Shown one piece after another: positions 18,145 through 27,672 of a stretch of DNA of 64,000 nt. The stretch covers positions 64,133 through 128,132 of the forward strand of contig DATHYT010000085.1 in NCBI GenBank assembly GCA_035459025.1. The letters are read 5' to 3'. The translations under genes were made by a program, and so were the position numbers. Positions within the stretch are counted from its first letter, which is position 1; every line of letters starts with the position of its first letter. Under the pieces are notes generated by a model. It was not told the origin of the DNA, ran no database searches, and saw nothing but the letters and a program-made list of their open reading frames with translations. The DNA is from Burkholderiales bacterium (GTDB lineage: Bacteria > Pseudomonadota > Gammaproteobacteria > Burkholderiales > SG8-39).

Positions 18145-20178
18145 ATGCTGGTCCGCGCCGCCTGCCCGCACGACTGCCCCGATACCTGCGGCATGCTGGT
18201 GACCGTGGAAGACGGCGTCGCCACGAAGATCCAGGGCGATCCCGCGATGCCGTTCACGCAGGGCACGCTCTGCACCAAGGTCGCGCACTACCTCGAGCGC
18301 ACCTACGCGCCCGAGCGGCTGCTGCACCCCTTGCGGCGCGTCGGCCCCAAGGGCAGCGGGCGCTTCGAGCGCATCTCCTGGGACGCGGCGCTCGACGAGA
18401 TCGGCGCGCGCCTCAAGGCGCTCGCCGCAGAGGACCCGGAAACGATCCTGCCGCTCAGCTACGCCGGCACCATGGGCATGGTGCAGTACAGCTCGATGGA
18501 CCGGCGCTTCTTTCATCGGCTCGGCGCCTCGATCCTCGACCGCACGCTGTGCTCTTCGGCCGGCAAGGCGGGCATCAAGGCCACGCTTGGCGGCTCGGTC
18601 GGCATGGACCCCGAGCGCTTCGACGAGGCGCAGCTGATCCTGCTCTGGGGCGCAAATCCCGTGGTGTCCAACCTGCACCTGTGGTCGCGCGTGCAGGAGG
18701 CCAAGCGCCGCGGCGCCCGGGTGGTGGCGATCGATCCCTACAGGAGCCTGTCGGCCGAGAAATGCACGCAGCACGTGGCGCTGCTGCCCGGCACCGACGG
18801 CGCGCTCGCGCTCGCCATGATGCACGTGCTGATCGCCGAAGACCTGCTCGATCGCGACTACATCGCGCGCCACACGCTCGGATTCGACCAGTTGGCCGAG
18901 CGCGTCAGGCAGTACACGCCGCAGTGGGCCGCGGGCGTCTGTGGCCTCGCCGTCGAGGAGATCGTGCAGCTTGCGCGGGCGTACGGCACGACGCGGCCCG
19001 CCGCCATCCGGCTGAATTACGGCATGCAGCGCCACGCCGGCGGCGGCATCGCCGCGCGCACCATTGCCTGTCTGCCGGCGCTGACCGGCGCCTGGCGCGA
19101 CGTCGCCGGCGGCATCGTGCTCACGACGGCGGACTTCTACGGCTTCGACCACGCGGCGCTCGAGCGGCCCGATCTGCTCGGCGACAGGAAGCCCCGCGTC
19201 ATCAACCACGCGGCGATCGGCGACGCGCTCACCGCGGCCGAGCCGCCGGTGAAGGCGGTGGTCGTCTACAACAACAACCCGGTGGCCGTGTGCCCGGACT
19301 CGGAGAAGGTGCTGGCGGGCTTTCGCCGCGAGGACCTCTTCTGCGTGGTGATGGACTCGTTCATGACCGACACCGCGGACTACGCCGACCTGGTGCTGCC
19401 CGCGACCACGCAGCTCGAGCACTACGACGTGCACAAGTCCTACGGGCACCTGTACGCGGTGGCCAACAACCCCGCGATCGCGCCGGTGGGCGAGTCATTG
19501 CCGAATTCCGAAGTGTTCCGGCGCCTTGCCGCGCGCCTGGGGTTCGCGGAGCCGTGCTTTCGCGACAGCGACGAGGACATCTGCCGCACGGCGCTCGCCA
19601 GTACGCAGCCGCGCATGCGCGGCATCGACTGGGAGCAGATGAAGCAGCGTGGCTGGCAGCGCCTCGACGTGCCGGCGCGCTTCGCGCCGTTCGCCGAAGG
19701 CGGCTTCCCAACGCCCTCGGGCAAGTGTGAGTTCTACAGCGCGGCGCTGCAAGGGCAGGGCATCGACCCGCTGCCGTTCTACAACCCGCCCGCCGAGCCG
19801 GCGGTGCCGGGCGAGCTGCAGTTCATCTCGCCGCCGGCGCGAAACTTTCTGAACTCGAGCTTCGCGCACCTGAAGCGCTTCCGCGAGCTTGAGGGTGAGC
19901 CGCGCCTAGAGATGCACACCACGGACGCCGCGGCGCGCGGCATCCGCGACGGCGACACCGTGCGTGTGTTCAACGCGCGCGGCAGCCTGCGACTGCGCGC
20001 GCGCGTGAACGACCGGCCACGTCCCGGCGTGGTGGTCGCGCCCTCGGTGTGGTGGAAGAAGCACTCGCCCGACCGCGGTAATGCCAACAACCTGACCGGG
20101 CAGCGCGTCGCCGACCTGGGCGGCGGCGCCACGTTCTACGACTGCCGGGTGCAGGTTGAACGCGCCACGCACGCTTGA
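18145..20178 (+). CDS. Cytoplasmic molybdopterin (bis-MGD) oxidoreductase family protein
   Basis: ATG at 18145, 10 nt after the glcF stop. The N-terminal Fe-S motif is CPHDCPDTC. 677 aa of MopB-like sequence with no Tat signal. Confidence 0.85.
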   Translation: MLVRAACPHDCPDTCGMLVTVEDGVATKIQGDPAMPFTQGTLCTKVAHYLERTYAPERLLHPLRRVGPKGSGRFERISWDAALDEIGARLKALAAEDPETILPLSYAGTMGMVQYSSMDRRFFHRLGASILDRTLCSSAGKAGIKATLGGSVGMDPERFDEAQLILLWGANPVVSNLHLWSRVQEAKRRGARVVAIDPYRSLSAEKCTQHVALLPGTDGALALAMMHVLIAEDLLDRDYIARHTLGFDQLAERVRQYTPQWAAGVCGLAVEEIVQLARAYGTTRPAAIRLNYGMQRHAGGGIAARTIACLPALTGAWRDVAGGIVLTTADFYGFDHAALERPDLLGDRKPRVINHAAIGDALTAAEPPVKAVVVYNNNPVAVCPDSEKVLAGFRREDLFCVVMDSFMTDTADYADLVLPATTQLEHYDVHKSYGHLYAVANNPAIAPVGESLPNSEVFRRLAARLGFAEPCFRDSDEDICRTALASTQPRMRGIDWEQMKQRGWQRLDVPARFAPFAEGGFPTPSGKCEFYSAALQGQGIDPLPFYNPPAEPAVPGELQFISPPARNFLNSSFAHLKRFRELEGEPRLEMHTTDAAARGIRDGDTVRVFNARGSLRLRARVNDRPRPGVVVAPSVWWKKHSPDRGNANNLTGQRVADLGGGATFYDCRVQVERATHA

Positions 20179-22693
20179 TCTGATCCTGCCGCAGGCCCGC
20201 GTTGACGCGGCGCGGGTCGCGGCGCTGTTCGGCATCGCCAAGACGGTGTATGCGGCGACGCTGGTTGCGGGCGCTTTGGTGGTGGCGATGCTCTGGGGCG
20301 AGACGCCCGTCGCAGCGCTCGCCACCTGGTACGGCGTGCTGGCGGCGGTGACGCTGGCGCGCCTCGGGCTGCATCGCGCCCACGCCGCGCACCCGGAGCG
20401 GCGCACGCCGCTCGCCTGGGAGCGGCGCTTTGCGCTCGGGGCGTTCACCGCCGGGCTGCTGTGGGCGCTGCCGATCGCCGCGTTCTTCCCGCAGGCGCCG
20501 GTGCTGCAGACGGCCGTGTTGCTCGTGACGGCGGCCGCCGTGGTCGGCGCGGCGGGGGTGTACGCCGCCAGCGCGGCCGCGTTCTACGGTTTCTGCCTGC
20601 CCCCGATCCTCGCCGTCGTCGTCCAGTTCGCGCGCCAGCCCGGCGAGGTCTATCCGCTGCTCGCGCTGGCCGCGCTGGTGTTCGTCGCGGCCATGGTGCG
20701 CGTGTACCGCGACATGCACGCCAACGTGGTGGGCGCGCTCGGCGCGCGTGCCGAGAAGGAGGCGCTGCTCGAGCGCGTGGCACAGAGCGAGGCGCGGCTG
20801 CGCGACGCGATCGAGGGCTTCCCCGAGGGCATCGCGGTGTTCGACGAGGACGGGCGCGTGCTCGCGTCCAACGATGCTTACACGACGGTCGCGGGCGAGG
20901 CGCGCGCGGCGGGCGCGGCGGAGGCGCCCGCCGTGCGCCAGTTCCGCACCCGCGATGGACGCTGGATGCAGGGCCACTTCGTGCGCATGGAGCGCGGGGG
21001 CGCGGTGGGCGTGTTCACCGACGTGAGCGACCTGAAGCGCGCGCAGGCGGCGTTCGAGGCCGCGCTCGCCGAGCGCGACCTGGTGCTCGATGCGCTGCCG
21101 CTGGGCGTCGCTTTCGTCGAGAATCGCGTCATCGCGCGCTGCAATGCACGCCTCGAACGCATGCTCGGCTACGAGCCGGGCGAGCTCGCCGGACAGTCCG
21201 CGCGCCTGCTCTATCCGAGCGACGCAGCCTGGCGCGGCGGCGCGGCGATGTACGAGGCCCTAAGCGGCGGCGCGCTCTACGAGGGCGACGGCGAGCTGCG
21301 GCGCAAGGACGGCACGACGCAGTGGTGCCGCGCCTGGGCGCGCACGCTGAACCCCGCGGCGCCGCAGGAGGCGACGATCATCGCGTTCTCCGACATCGCC
21401 GAGCGGCGGGCGGCCGAGCAGGCGCTCGCCGCGAGCGAGGCGCTGTACCGCAGCCTGGTCGAGACCTCGAACGACCTGGTGTGGTCGGTCGACCGCGACG
21501 GCCGCTGGACTTATCTCAATCCGGAAGCGGTGCGCCGGATCTACGGCGGCCGCCCTGCCGATCTCCTCGGGCACGCGTTCCACGAGCCGGTGGTGCCGGC
21601 GCTGCGCGAGCGCGACCGCGCGGTGTTCGAGCGGGTGCTCGCGGGCGAGCCGGTATTCCGGCACGAGACGCGCCACCGACGCAGCGACGGCACCAGCGTC
21701 GACTTGTCGTTCAACGCGGTGCCGCTGCGCGACGCGCGCGGCGCGATCGTCGGCGCCACCGGCACGGCGCGCGACATCACCGAGGAGCGGCGCGCGGCCG
21801 CCGCGCTGCACGAGGGCATCGAGAAGCTGCGCCTCGCCGTCGAGGCGGCGGAGCTGGTCTACTGGGAGTGGGACCAGGCCAGCGGCGAGCTGCATTGGGG
21901 CCGGGACCCGTCGGGGCGCCTCGGCGCGCAAAACGGGCATACCGTGCGCTGGAGCGAGTACGTGCAGCTGGTGCATCCGGAGGATCGCGAGCGCTACCTC
22001 GCCGAAACGCGTGCCGCCTGGAGCAGTCGGCAGCCGTACGGCGCGGAGTACCGCGTGATCGGCCGCGAGGGGCAGGTGGCATGGATCTCGGCGCGCGGCA
22101 AGGTGCTCACCGACAGCGCGGGCCGCGCGCAGCGCATGATCGGGGTGTCGCAGGACATCACCGAGCGCAAGCGCCGCGAGGAGGAAGACCGCTTCCTCGC
22201 CTACCACGACACGCTCACGGGGCTGCCCAACCGCCGCTTGCTGGACGACCGCCTGCGCCAGGCGCTGTACCTCGCGCAGCGGCGCGGCACGCGCCTCGCC
22301 GTGATGCTCGTCGATCTCGACGACTTCAAGCGCGTGAACGACGAGCGGGGACACCGCGCGGGCGACGCGGTGCTGCGCCAGGTGGCGCAGCGGCTCGCGG
22401 ACTGCGTGCGCAAGGCCGATACGCTCGCGCGCCAGGGCGGTGACGAGTTCGTGGTGGTGATCCCCGAGCTCGCGCAGGACGGCGACGCCGAGGTCGTGGC
22501 GCAGAAGATCCTGCGCGCGCTCGCCGAGCCGGTGCGCGCCGAAGGCGAAGCGCTGCGCGTCGGCGCGAGTATCGGCATCTCGCTGCACCCGGGCGACGCC
22601 GGCGACGGCGACGCGCTGCTGCGCAACGCCGACGCCGCCATGTACCGCGCGAAGCAATCGGGCGGCAACCAGTACTGCTATTACGGCCGCTAG
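20156..22693 (+). CDS. Membrane sensor diguanylate cyclase (multi-TM N-terminus, PAS repeats, GGDEF)
   Basis: The TTG at 20156 overlaps the upstream gene by 23 nt. It has hydrophobic N-terminal helices, several PAS-like segments and the active-site motif RQGGDEF. No EAL domain. Confidence 0.85.
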   Translation: MNAPRTLDLILPQARVDAARVAALFGIAKTVYAATLVAGALVVAMLWGETPVAALATWYGVLAAVTLARLGLHRAHAAHPERRTPLAWERRFALGAFTAGLLWALPIAAFFPQAPVLQTAVLLVTAAAVVGAAGVYAASAAAFYGFCLPPILAVVVQFARQPGEVYPLLALAALVFVAAMVRVYRDMHANVVGALGARAEKEALLERVAQSEARLRDAIEGFPEGIAVFDEDGRVLASNDAYTTVAGEARAAGAAEAPAVRQFRTRDGRWMQGHFVRMERGGAVGVFTDVSDLKRAQAAFEAALAERDLVLDALPLGVAFVENRVIARCNARLERMLGYEPGELAGQSARLLYPSDAAWRGGAAMYEALSGGALYEGDGELRRKDGTTQWCRAWARTLNPAAPQEATIIAFSDIAERRAAEQALAASEALYRSLVETSNDLVWSVDRDGRWTYLNPEAVRRIYGGRPADLLGHAFHEPVVPALRERDRAVFERVLAGEPVFRHETRHRRSDGTSVDLSFNAVPLRDARGAIVGATGTARDITEERRAAAALHEGIEKLRLAVEAAELVYWEWDQASGELHWGRDPSGRLGAQNGHTVRWSEYVQLVHPEDRERYLAETRAAWSSRQPYGAEYRVIGREGQVAWISARGKVLTDSAGRAQRMIGVSQDITERKRREEEDRFLAYHDTLTGLPNRRLLDDRLRQALYLAQRRGTRLAVMLVDLDDFKRVNDERGHRAGDAVLRQVAQRLADCVRKADTLARQGGDEFVVVIPELAQDGDAEVVAQKILRALAEPVRAEGEALRVGASIGISLHPGDAGDGDALLRNADAAMYRAKQSGGNQYCYYGR

Positions 22694-22703
22694 CGCGCTG
22701 CGG

Positions 22704-22709
22704 TAGAGT
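22704..22709 (+). promoter_or_regulatory. -10-like box TAGAGT, 7 nt upstream of the ABC exporter ATG
   Basis: Sequence ggTAGAGTtgcgcgcATG with no SD between box and start. Confidence 0.3.
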
Positions 22710-22716
22710 TGCGCGC

Positions 22717-24474
22717 ATGGGTTCGCTCGCGCGCCTGGCGCGCTTTCTCGCCCCGTACCGCTGGCGAGTCGCCGCGGCGCTCGCCGCCCTCCTGGCGGCG
22801 GCGGCCTGCGTGCTGGCGCTGGGGCAGGGCCTGAAGTACGTGGTCGACGCCGGCTTCGGCAGCGGCGAGCCGCGCCTGCTTGACCAGGCGCTCGCCGCCG
22901 CGGTGGCGGTGGCCGTGACGCTTGCGATCGCCACCTACTTCCGCTTCTACCTGATGATGAGCACCGGCGAGCGCGTGGTCACCGACCTGCGCCGGGCGGT
23001 GTTCGATCACCTGCTCGGGCTCTCGCCGGGGTTCTACGAGACGGCGCGCACCGGCGAGTTGGTGTCGCGCCTGGCGAGCGACACCACCGTGGTGCAGCAG
23101 GTGATCGGCTACGGCCTGTCGATGTTCGTGCGGAACCTCCTCATGATGGTCGGCGCGGCGGCGATGCTGTTCTTCACCAGCTGGAAGCTGGCGGCGCTGG
23201 TGCTCGCCGGCGTGCCGGCGACGCTGGTGCCGATCCTGCTGCTCGGCCGCCGCGTGCGGCGCCTGTCGCGCCGCAGCCAGGACCGCGTCGCCGACGTCTC
23301 GGCGCACGTCGACGAGGCCGTGCACGAGGTGCGCACGGTGCAGGCCTACGCGCACGAGGACACGGATCGCGCGGCGTTCGCGCAGCATGCCGAGGCCGCG
23401 TATGCCGCCGCCGCCGCCAGCCTGGGGCAGAAGTCCGCGCTCATCGCGACGGTGATGCTGATCGCGTTCTGCGCGGTGGGCGTCATCCTGTGGGTGGGGG
23501 GCCACGACGTGCTCGCCGGTCGCCTGAGCGCGGGCGAGCTCGCGGCCTTCGTGTTCTACGCCGGCGTGGTGGCCACCGGCGCGGGCACCGTGTCCGAGGT
23601 GTGGGGCGACCTGCAGCGCGCCGCCGGCGCCACCGAGCGCCTGTTCGAGCTGCTCGATGCGCGGCCCGCGATCGCCGCGCCGGCCGCGCCGCGTCCGGTG
23701 CCGGCCGCGCCGCGCGTGTACGAGTTCGATGCGGTCAGCTTCGCCTACGCCGGCCGGCCGCACGCCGCCGCGCTGGAGCGCTTCAGCCTGCGCCTTGCCG
23801 CCGGCGAGCGCGTCGCGCTGGTCGGCCCCTCCGGCGCCGGCAAGAGCACGGTGCTCGCGCTGCTGCTCCGGTTCTACGACCCGCAAGGCGGTGCGATCCG
23901 CGTCGACGGCGTGGACCTGCGCGACATGGAGCCGCGCGCCCTGCGCGGCCTGATGGCGGTGGTGCCGCAGGAGCCGGTGATCTTCGCGGCGAGCGCCTTC
24001 GACAACGTGCGCTACGGCCGGCCGGAGGCGAGCCGGGCCGAGGTCGAGCGCGCCTGCGAGCAGGCGTTCGCCGCGGAGTTCATCGCGCGGCTGCCGCAGG
24101 GCCTCGACACGCCGCTCGGCGAGCGCGGCGTCACGCTCTCGGGCGGCCAGCGCCAGCGCCTGTCGATCGCGCGTGCGCTGCTCGCCGACCGGCCGCTGCT
24201 GCTGCTCGACGAAGCGACCAGCTCGCTCGACGCCGAGAGCGAGCGCATGGTGCAGCAGGCGCTCGAGCGCCTGGAGCACGGGCGCACCACGCTGGTGATC
24301 GCGCATCGCCTGGCCACCGTGCAGCATGCCGACCGCATCGTGGTGATGGACCGCGGCACGATCGTCGCCCAGGGCACGCACGCCGAGCTGATGCGCCAGG
24401 GCGGGCTGTACGCGAGCCTCGCGCAGTTGCAGTTTCTCGACGGCGCGGCGGCGAGGGTCGCGCGCGCCGCATGA
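22717..24474 (+). CDS. ABC exporter half-transporter (fused TMD-NBD, MsbA/ATM1-like)
   Basis: A six-helix exporter domain followed by Walker A GPSGAGKST, signature LSGGQRQRLSIARAL and Walker B LLLLDEATSSLD. Confidence 0.9.
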   Translation: MGSLARLARFLAPYRWRVAAALAALLAAAACVLALGQGLKYVVDAGFGSGEPRLLDQALAAAVAVAVTLAIATYFRFYLMMSTGERVVTDLRRAVFDHLLGLSPGFYETARTGELVSRLASDTTVVQQVIGYGLSMFVRNLLMMVGAAAMLFFTSWKLAALVLAGVPATLVPILLLGRRVRRLSRRSQDRVADVSAHVDEAVHEVRTVQAYAHEDTDRAAFAQHAEAAYAAAAASLGQKSALIATVMLIAFCAVGVILWVGGHDVLAGRLSAGELAAFVFYAGVVATGAGTVSEVWGDLQRAAGATERLFELLDARPAIAAPAAPRPVPAAPRVYEFDAVSFAYAGRPHAAALERFSLRLAAGERVALVGPSGAGKSTVLALLLRFYDPQGGAIRVDGVDLRDMEPRALRGLMAVVPQEPVIFAASAFDNVRYGRPEASRAEVERACEQAFAAEFIARLPQGLDTPLGERGVTLSGGQRQRLSIARALLADRPLLLLDEATSSLDAESERMVQQALERLEHGRTTLVIAHRLATVQHADRIVVMDRGTIVAQGTHAELMRQGGLYASLAQLQFLDGAAARVARAA

Positions 24475-25973
24475 GGCGAGCGGCGGTGCTGCTGGCGCTC
24501 GCGGCCGCGGCCGCGGCGACGCAGGCGGAGCCGCTGGTGGTGGGCTCCAAGCGCTTCACCGAGTCCTACATCCTCGGCGAGCTCATCGCGCAGACCGCGC
24601 GCGCCGCCGGCGCCGAGGTCGAGCTGCGCCCCGGCATGGGCGGCACCAAGATCCTGTACGAGGCGCTGCGCACCGGCGCCATCGACCTGTATCCGGAGTA
24701 CACCGGCACCATCGCGCGCGAGATCCTGCAGGGCGAGACGCACGCCTCGCTCGGTGCGCTGAATGCGCGCCTCGCACCGCTCGGCCTGGCGGCGTCGGTG
24801 CCGCTCGGCTTCAACAACACCTACGCCATCGGCGTGCGCGCGGCGCTGGCAGAGCGCCGGGGGCTCGGGCGCATCTCCGACCTGAAGGGGCAGCGGCGGC
24901 TGCGTTTCGGCTTCGGCCACGAGTTCCTCGCCCGGCGCGACGGCTGGCCGGGGCTCGCCGCCGCCTACGGCCTGGCGCAGCGCCCGCGCGGCCTGGATCA
25001 CGGGCTTGCCTACGAGGCGCTCGCCGCGGGCGAGGTGGACGTCATCGACCTGTATTCGACCGACGCCAAGATCGCGCGCTACGCCATCGCGATTCTCGAG
25101 GACGACCGCGGCTTCTTTCCCGCCTACGACGCGGTGCTGCTGCATCGCACCGGCGTGCCGGAGCGTTTTCCGCGCGCCTGGCGCGCACTGCGCGGGCTCG
25201 AGGGCACGATCGACGCCGAGCGCATGCGGCGCATGAACGCCGCCGCCGAGCTCGAGGGCAAGAGCTTCGCCGACGCCGCCCGCCTGCACGGCGCGGGGCG
25301 CGCGGCCCCGCCGCGGCCCGGCGCGCGCACCCTGATGGCCGCGCTGTTCGGCCCGGATTTCTGGCGCCTGACGCGCGAGCACCTGCTGCTGGTGTTCGCC
25401 TCGCTCGCCGCGAGCGTCGCCGCGGCCGTGCCGCTCGGCGTCGCGGCCGCGAAGCTGCCGCGCCTGGCGCAGCCGATCCTCGGCGTGGTGGGCGTGATCC
25501 AGACCATCCCGTCGCTCGCGCTGTTCGCTTTCCTCATCGCGCTCACCGGCGCCATCGGCACCTGGCCGGCGCTGCTGGCGCTGTTCCTGTATGCACTGCT
25601 GCCGATCGTGCGCAACACCCACGCCGGGCTCGCCGGCATCGCCGCAGGCATGCATCAGGCGGCGCTCGCGCTCGCGCTGCCACGCCGCGTGCGGCTGTGG
25701 AGAATCGAGCTGCCGCTCGCGCTGCCCACGATCCTCGCCGGCGTCAAGACCTCCGCGGTGATCAACGTCGGCACCGCCACCATCGCGGCGTTCATCGGCG
25801 CCGGCGGCTACGGCGAGCGCATCGCCTCGGGCCTGGCGTTGAACGACAACGTCATGCTGCTGGCCGGCGCGATTCCCGCCGCGGCGCTGGCGCTGCTGGT
25901 GCAGGGGGCGTTCGAGCTCGCCGAGCGCCGTTGCGCATGGATGCGCGAAGCCCCGGGGCAGGGGAAGGTATGA
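24471..25973 (+). CDS. Fused substrate-binding protein + permease of an osmoprotectant (glycine betaine/choline-type) ABC importer
   Basis: The ATG at 24471 overlaps the upstream TGA (ATGA). It has a signal peptide and an OpuAC/ProX-like SBP half (DLYPEYTGT), followed by a 5-6 TM BPD-type permease half. Confidence 0.85.
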   Translation: MRRAAVLLALAAAAAATQAEPLVVGSKRFTESYILGELIAQTARAAGAEVELRPGMGGTKILYEALRTGAIDLYPEYTGTIAREILQGETHASLGALNARLAPLGLAASVPLGFNNTYAIGVRAALAERRGLGRISDLKGQRRLRFGFGHEFLARRDGWPGLAAAYGLAQRPRGLDHGLAYEALAAGEVDVIDLYSTDAKIARYAIAILEDDRGFFPAYDAVLLHRTGVPERFPRAWRALRGLEGTIDAERMRRMNAAAELEGKSFADAARLHGAGRAAPPRPGARTLMAALFGPDFWRLTREHLLLVFASLAASVAAAVPLGVAAAKLPRLAQPILGVVGVIQTIPSLALFAFLIALTGAIGTWPALLALFLYALLPIVRNTHAGLAGIAAGMHQAALALALPRRVRLWRIELPLALPTILAGVKTSAVINVGTATIAAFIGAGGYGERIASGLALNDNVMLLAGAIPAAALALLVQGAFELAERRCAWMREAPGQGKV

Positions 25974-26070
25974 TGCAGATCAAGCCCGCACCCGGCCGCG
26001 AAAGTAGACTTGGGCACCCGGGGCAGCGGCCTCGAGCGAAATCCGGTCCGGCTATTCAAAAGGGAGATCC

Positions 26071-27660
26071 ATGTCGCAGGTGATTGGAGTGCCAAGGGAG
26101 TCGGCTGCCGACGAAAAGCGCGTGGCGACGGTGCCCGAGGTCGCGCAAAAGCTGATCAAGCTCGGCTTCAAGGTGATGGTGCAATCGGGCGCGGGCGCCG
26201 GCGCGAACTTCGACGATGCGTCCTACGAGGCGGTAGGCGCGCAAATCGCGCCGGACGCCAAGGCCCTCTGGTCCGCGGCGGACATCGTCTTCAAGGTGCG
26301 TGCGCCCACGGCTGAAGAGGTCGGTCTGATGCGCGGGAGCCAGACGCTGGTCTCTTTCATCTGGCCGGCGCAGAACTCCGAGCTGATGCAGAGCCTCGCG
26401 GCGCGCGGGGTCACCGTGCTGGCGATCGACTCGCTGCCGCGCATGCTGAGCCGCGCCCAGAAGATGGACGCGTTGACCTCCATGGCCAGCATCTCCGGCT
26501 ACCGCGCCGTCGTCGAGGCCGCCAACGCCTTCGGCCGCTTCTTCAACGGCCAGGTGACCGCCGCCGGAAAGATTCCTCCGGCCAAGGTGTTCATCGCCGG
26601 CGCCGGCGTGGCCGGCCTGTCCGCGATCGGCACCGCCGTCGGGTTGGGCGCCATCGTGCGCGCCAACGACACCCGGGCCGAGGTGGCTGACCAGGTGGTG
26701 TCGATGGGCGGCGAGTTCGTGAAGGTCGACTACGAGGAAGAAGGCGCCGGCGGTGGCGGCTACGCCAAGGTGATGAGCGAAGGCTTCCAGCAGGCCCAGC
26801 GCGAGATGTACGCGAAGCAGGCGAGGGAGGTGGACATCATCATCACCACCGCGCTGATTCCGGGCAAGCCCGCGCCGCGGCTGATCACGGCCGACATGGT
26901 GCGTAGCATGAAGCCGGGCAGCGTCATCGTCGACATGGCTGCGGAGCAGGGCGGCAACTGCGAGCTGACCGAGGCCGGCAAGGCCGTGGTGAAGCACGGC
27001 GTCACGATCATCGGCTATACGGACCTGCCCAGCCGGCTCGCCAAACAGTCCTCGACGCTGTATGCGACCAACCTGTTCCGCCTTGCCGAGGAGCTGTGCA
27101 AGGGCAAGGACGGCGTCATCGACGTCAACATGGAAGACGACGCCATCCGCGGCCTGACGGTCATCAAGCAGGGCAGCATCACCTGGCCGCCGCCGCCGCC
27201 CAAGCTGCCGGCGCCGCCGGCCGCCGCCAAGCCGGCGGCCGCGCCGCCCGCGCCCAAGGGGCACGGCCACGGCGCCGGCGCGCCGCGCTCGGGCAGGGCG
27301 ATGGCGATCACGTTCGTGGTGGCCGCGCTGCTGTTCTGGTTCATCGGCGCCAATGCGCCGGCGTCGTTCCTCAACCACTTCACGGTGTTCGTGCTCGCTT
27401 GCTTCGTGGGCTACATGGTGGTGTGGAACGTCACCCCGGCGCTGCACACGCCGCTGATGAGCGTCACCAACGCGATCAGCAGCATCATCGCCATCGGCGC
27501 GCTGATCCAGATCGCGCCGCCGCTCGCCGCGGGCGCCGGGGCCGACCGGCCGGAGACCTGGATCCAGTGGCTCGCGGTGGTCGCCATCGGCCTTACCGCG
27601 ATCAACATGTTCGGCGGCTTCGCCGTGACGCAGCGCATGCTGCAGATGTTCCGCAAGTAA
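26071..27660 (+). CDS. pntA: NAD(P) transhydrogenase subunit alpha
   Basis: SD AGGGAGA. An AlaDH/PNT domain ([14 protein letters not shown]), then a Pro/Ala linker, then a 4-TM C-terminus. Confidence 0.95.
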   Translation: MSQVIGVPRESAADEKRVATVPEVAQKLIKLGFKVMVQSGAGAGANFDDASYEAVGAQIAPDAKALWSAADIVFKVRAPTAEEVGLMRGSQTLVSFIWPAQNSELMQSLAARGVTVLAIDSLPRMLSRAQKMDALTSMASISGYRAVVEAANAFGRFFNGQVTAAGKIPPAKVFIAGAGVAGLSAIGTAVGLGAIVRANDTRAEVADQVVSMGGEFVKVDYEEEGAGGGGYAKVMSEGFQQAQREMYAKQAREVDIIITTALIPGKPAPRLITADMVRSMKPGSVIVDMAAEQGGNCELTEAGKAVVKHGVTIIGYTDLPSRLAKQSSTLYATNLFRLAEELCKGKDGVIDVNMEDDAIRGLTVIKQGSITWPPPPPKLPAPPAAAKPAAAPPAPKGHGHGAGAPRSGRAMAITFVVAALLFWFIGANAPASFLNHFTVFVLACFVGYMVVWNVTPALHTPLMSVTNAISSIIAIGALIQIAPPLAAGAGADRPETWIQWLAVVAIGLTAINMFGGFAVTQRMLQMFRK

Positions 27661-27672
27661 GGGAGACGATCC

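Noticed and set aside
27175-27260. A CCG/GCC-rich repetitive stretch. A similar one lies at 16690-16760.
   Set aside because: These encode Pro/Ala linkers: the PntA inter-domain linker [23 protein letters not shown], and the linker of the 203-aa membrane protein. There is no unit periodicity beyond codon bias.
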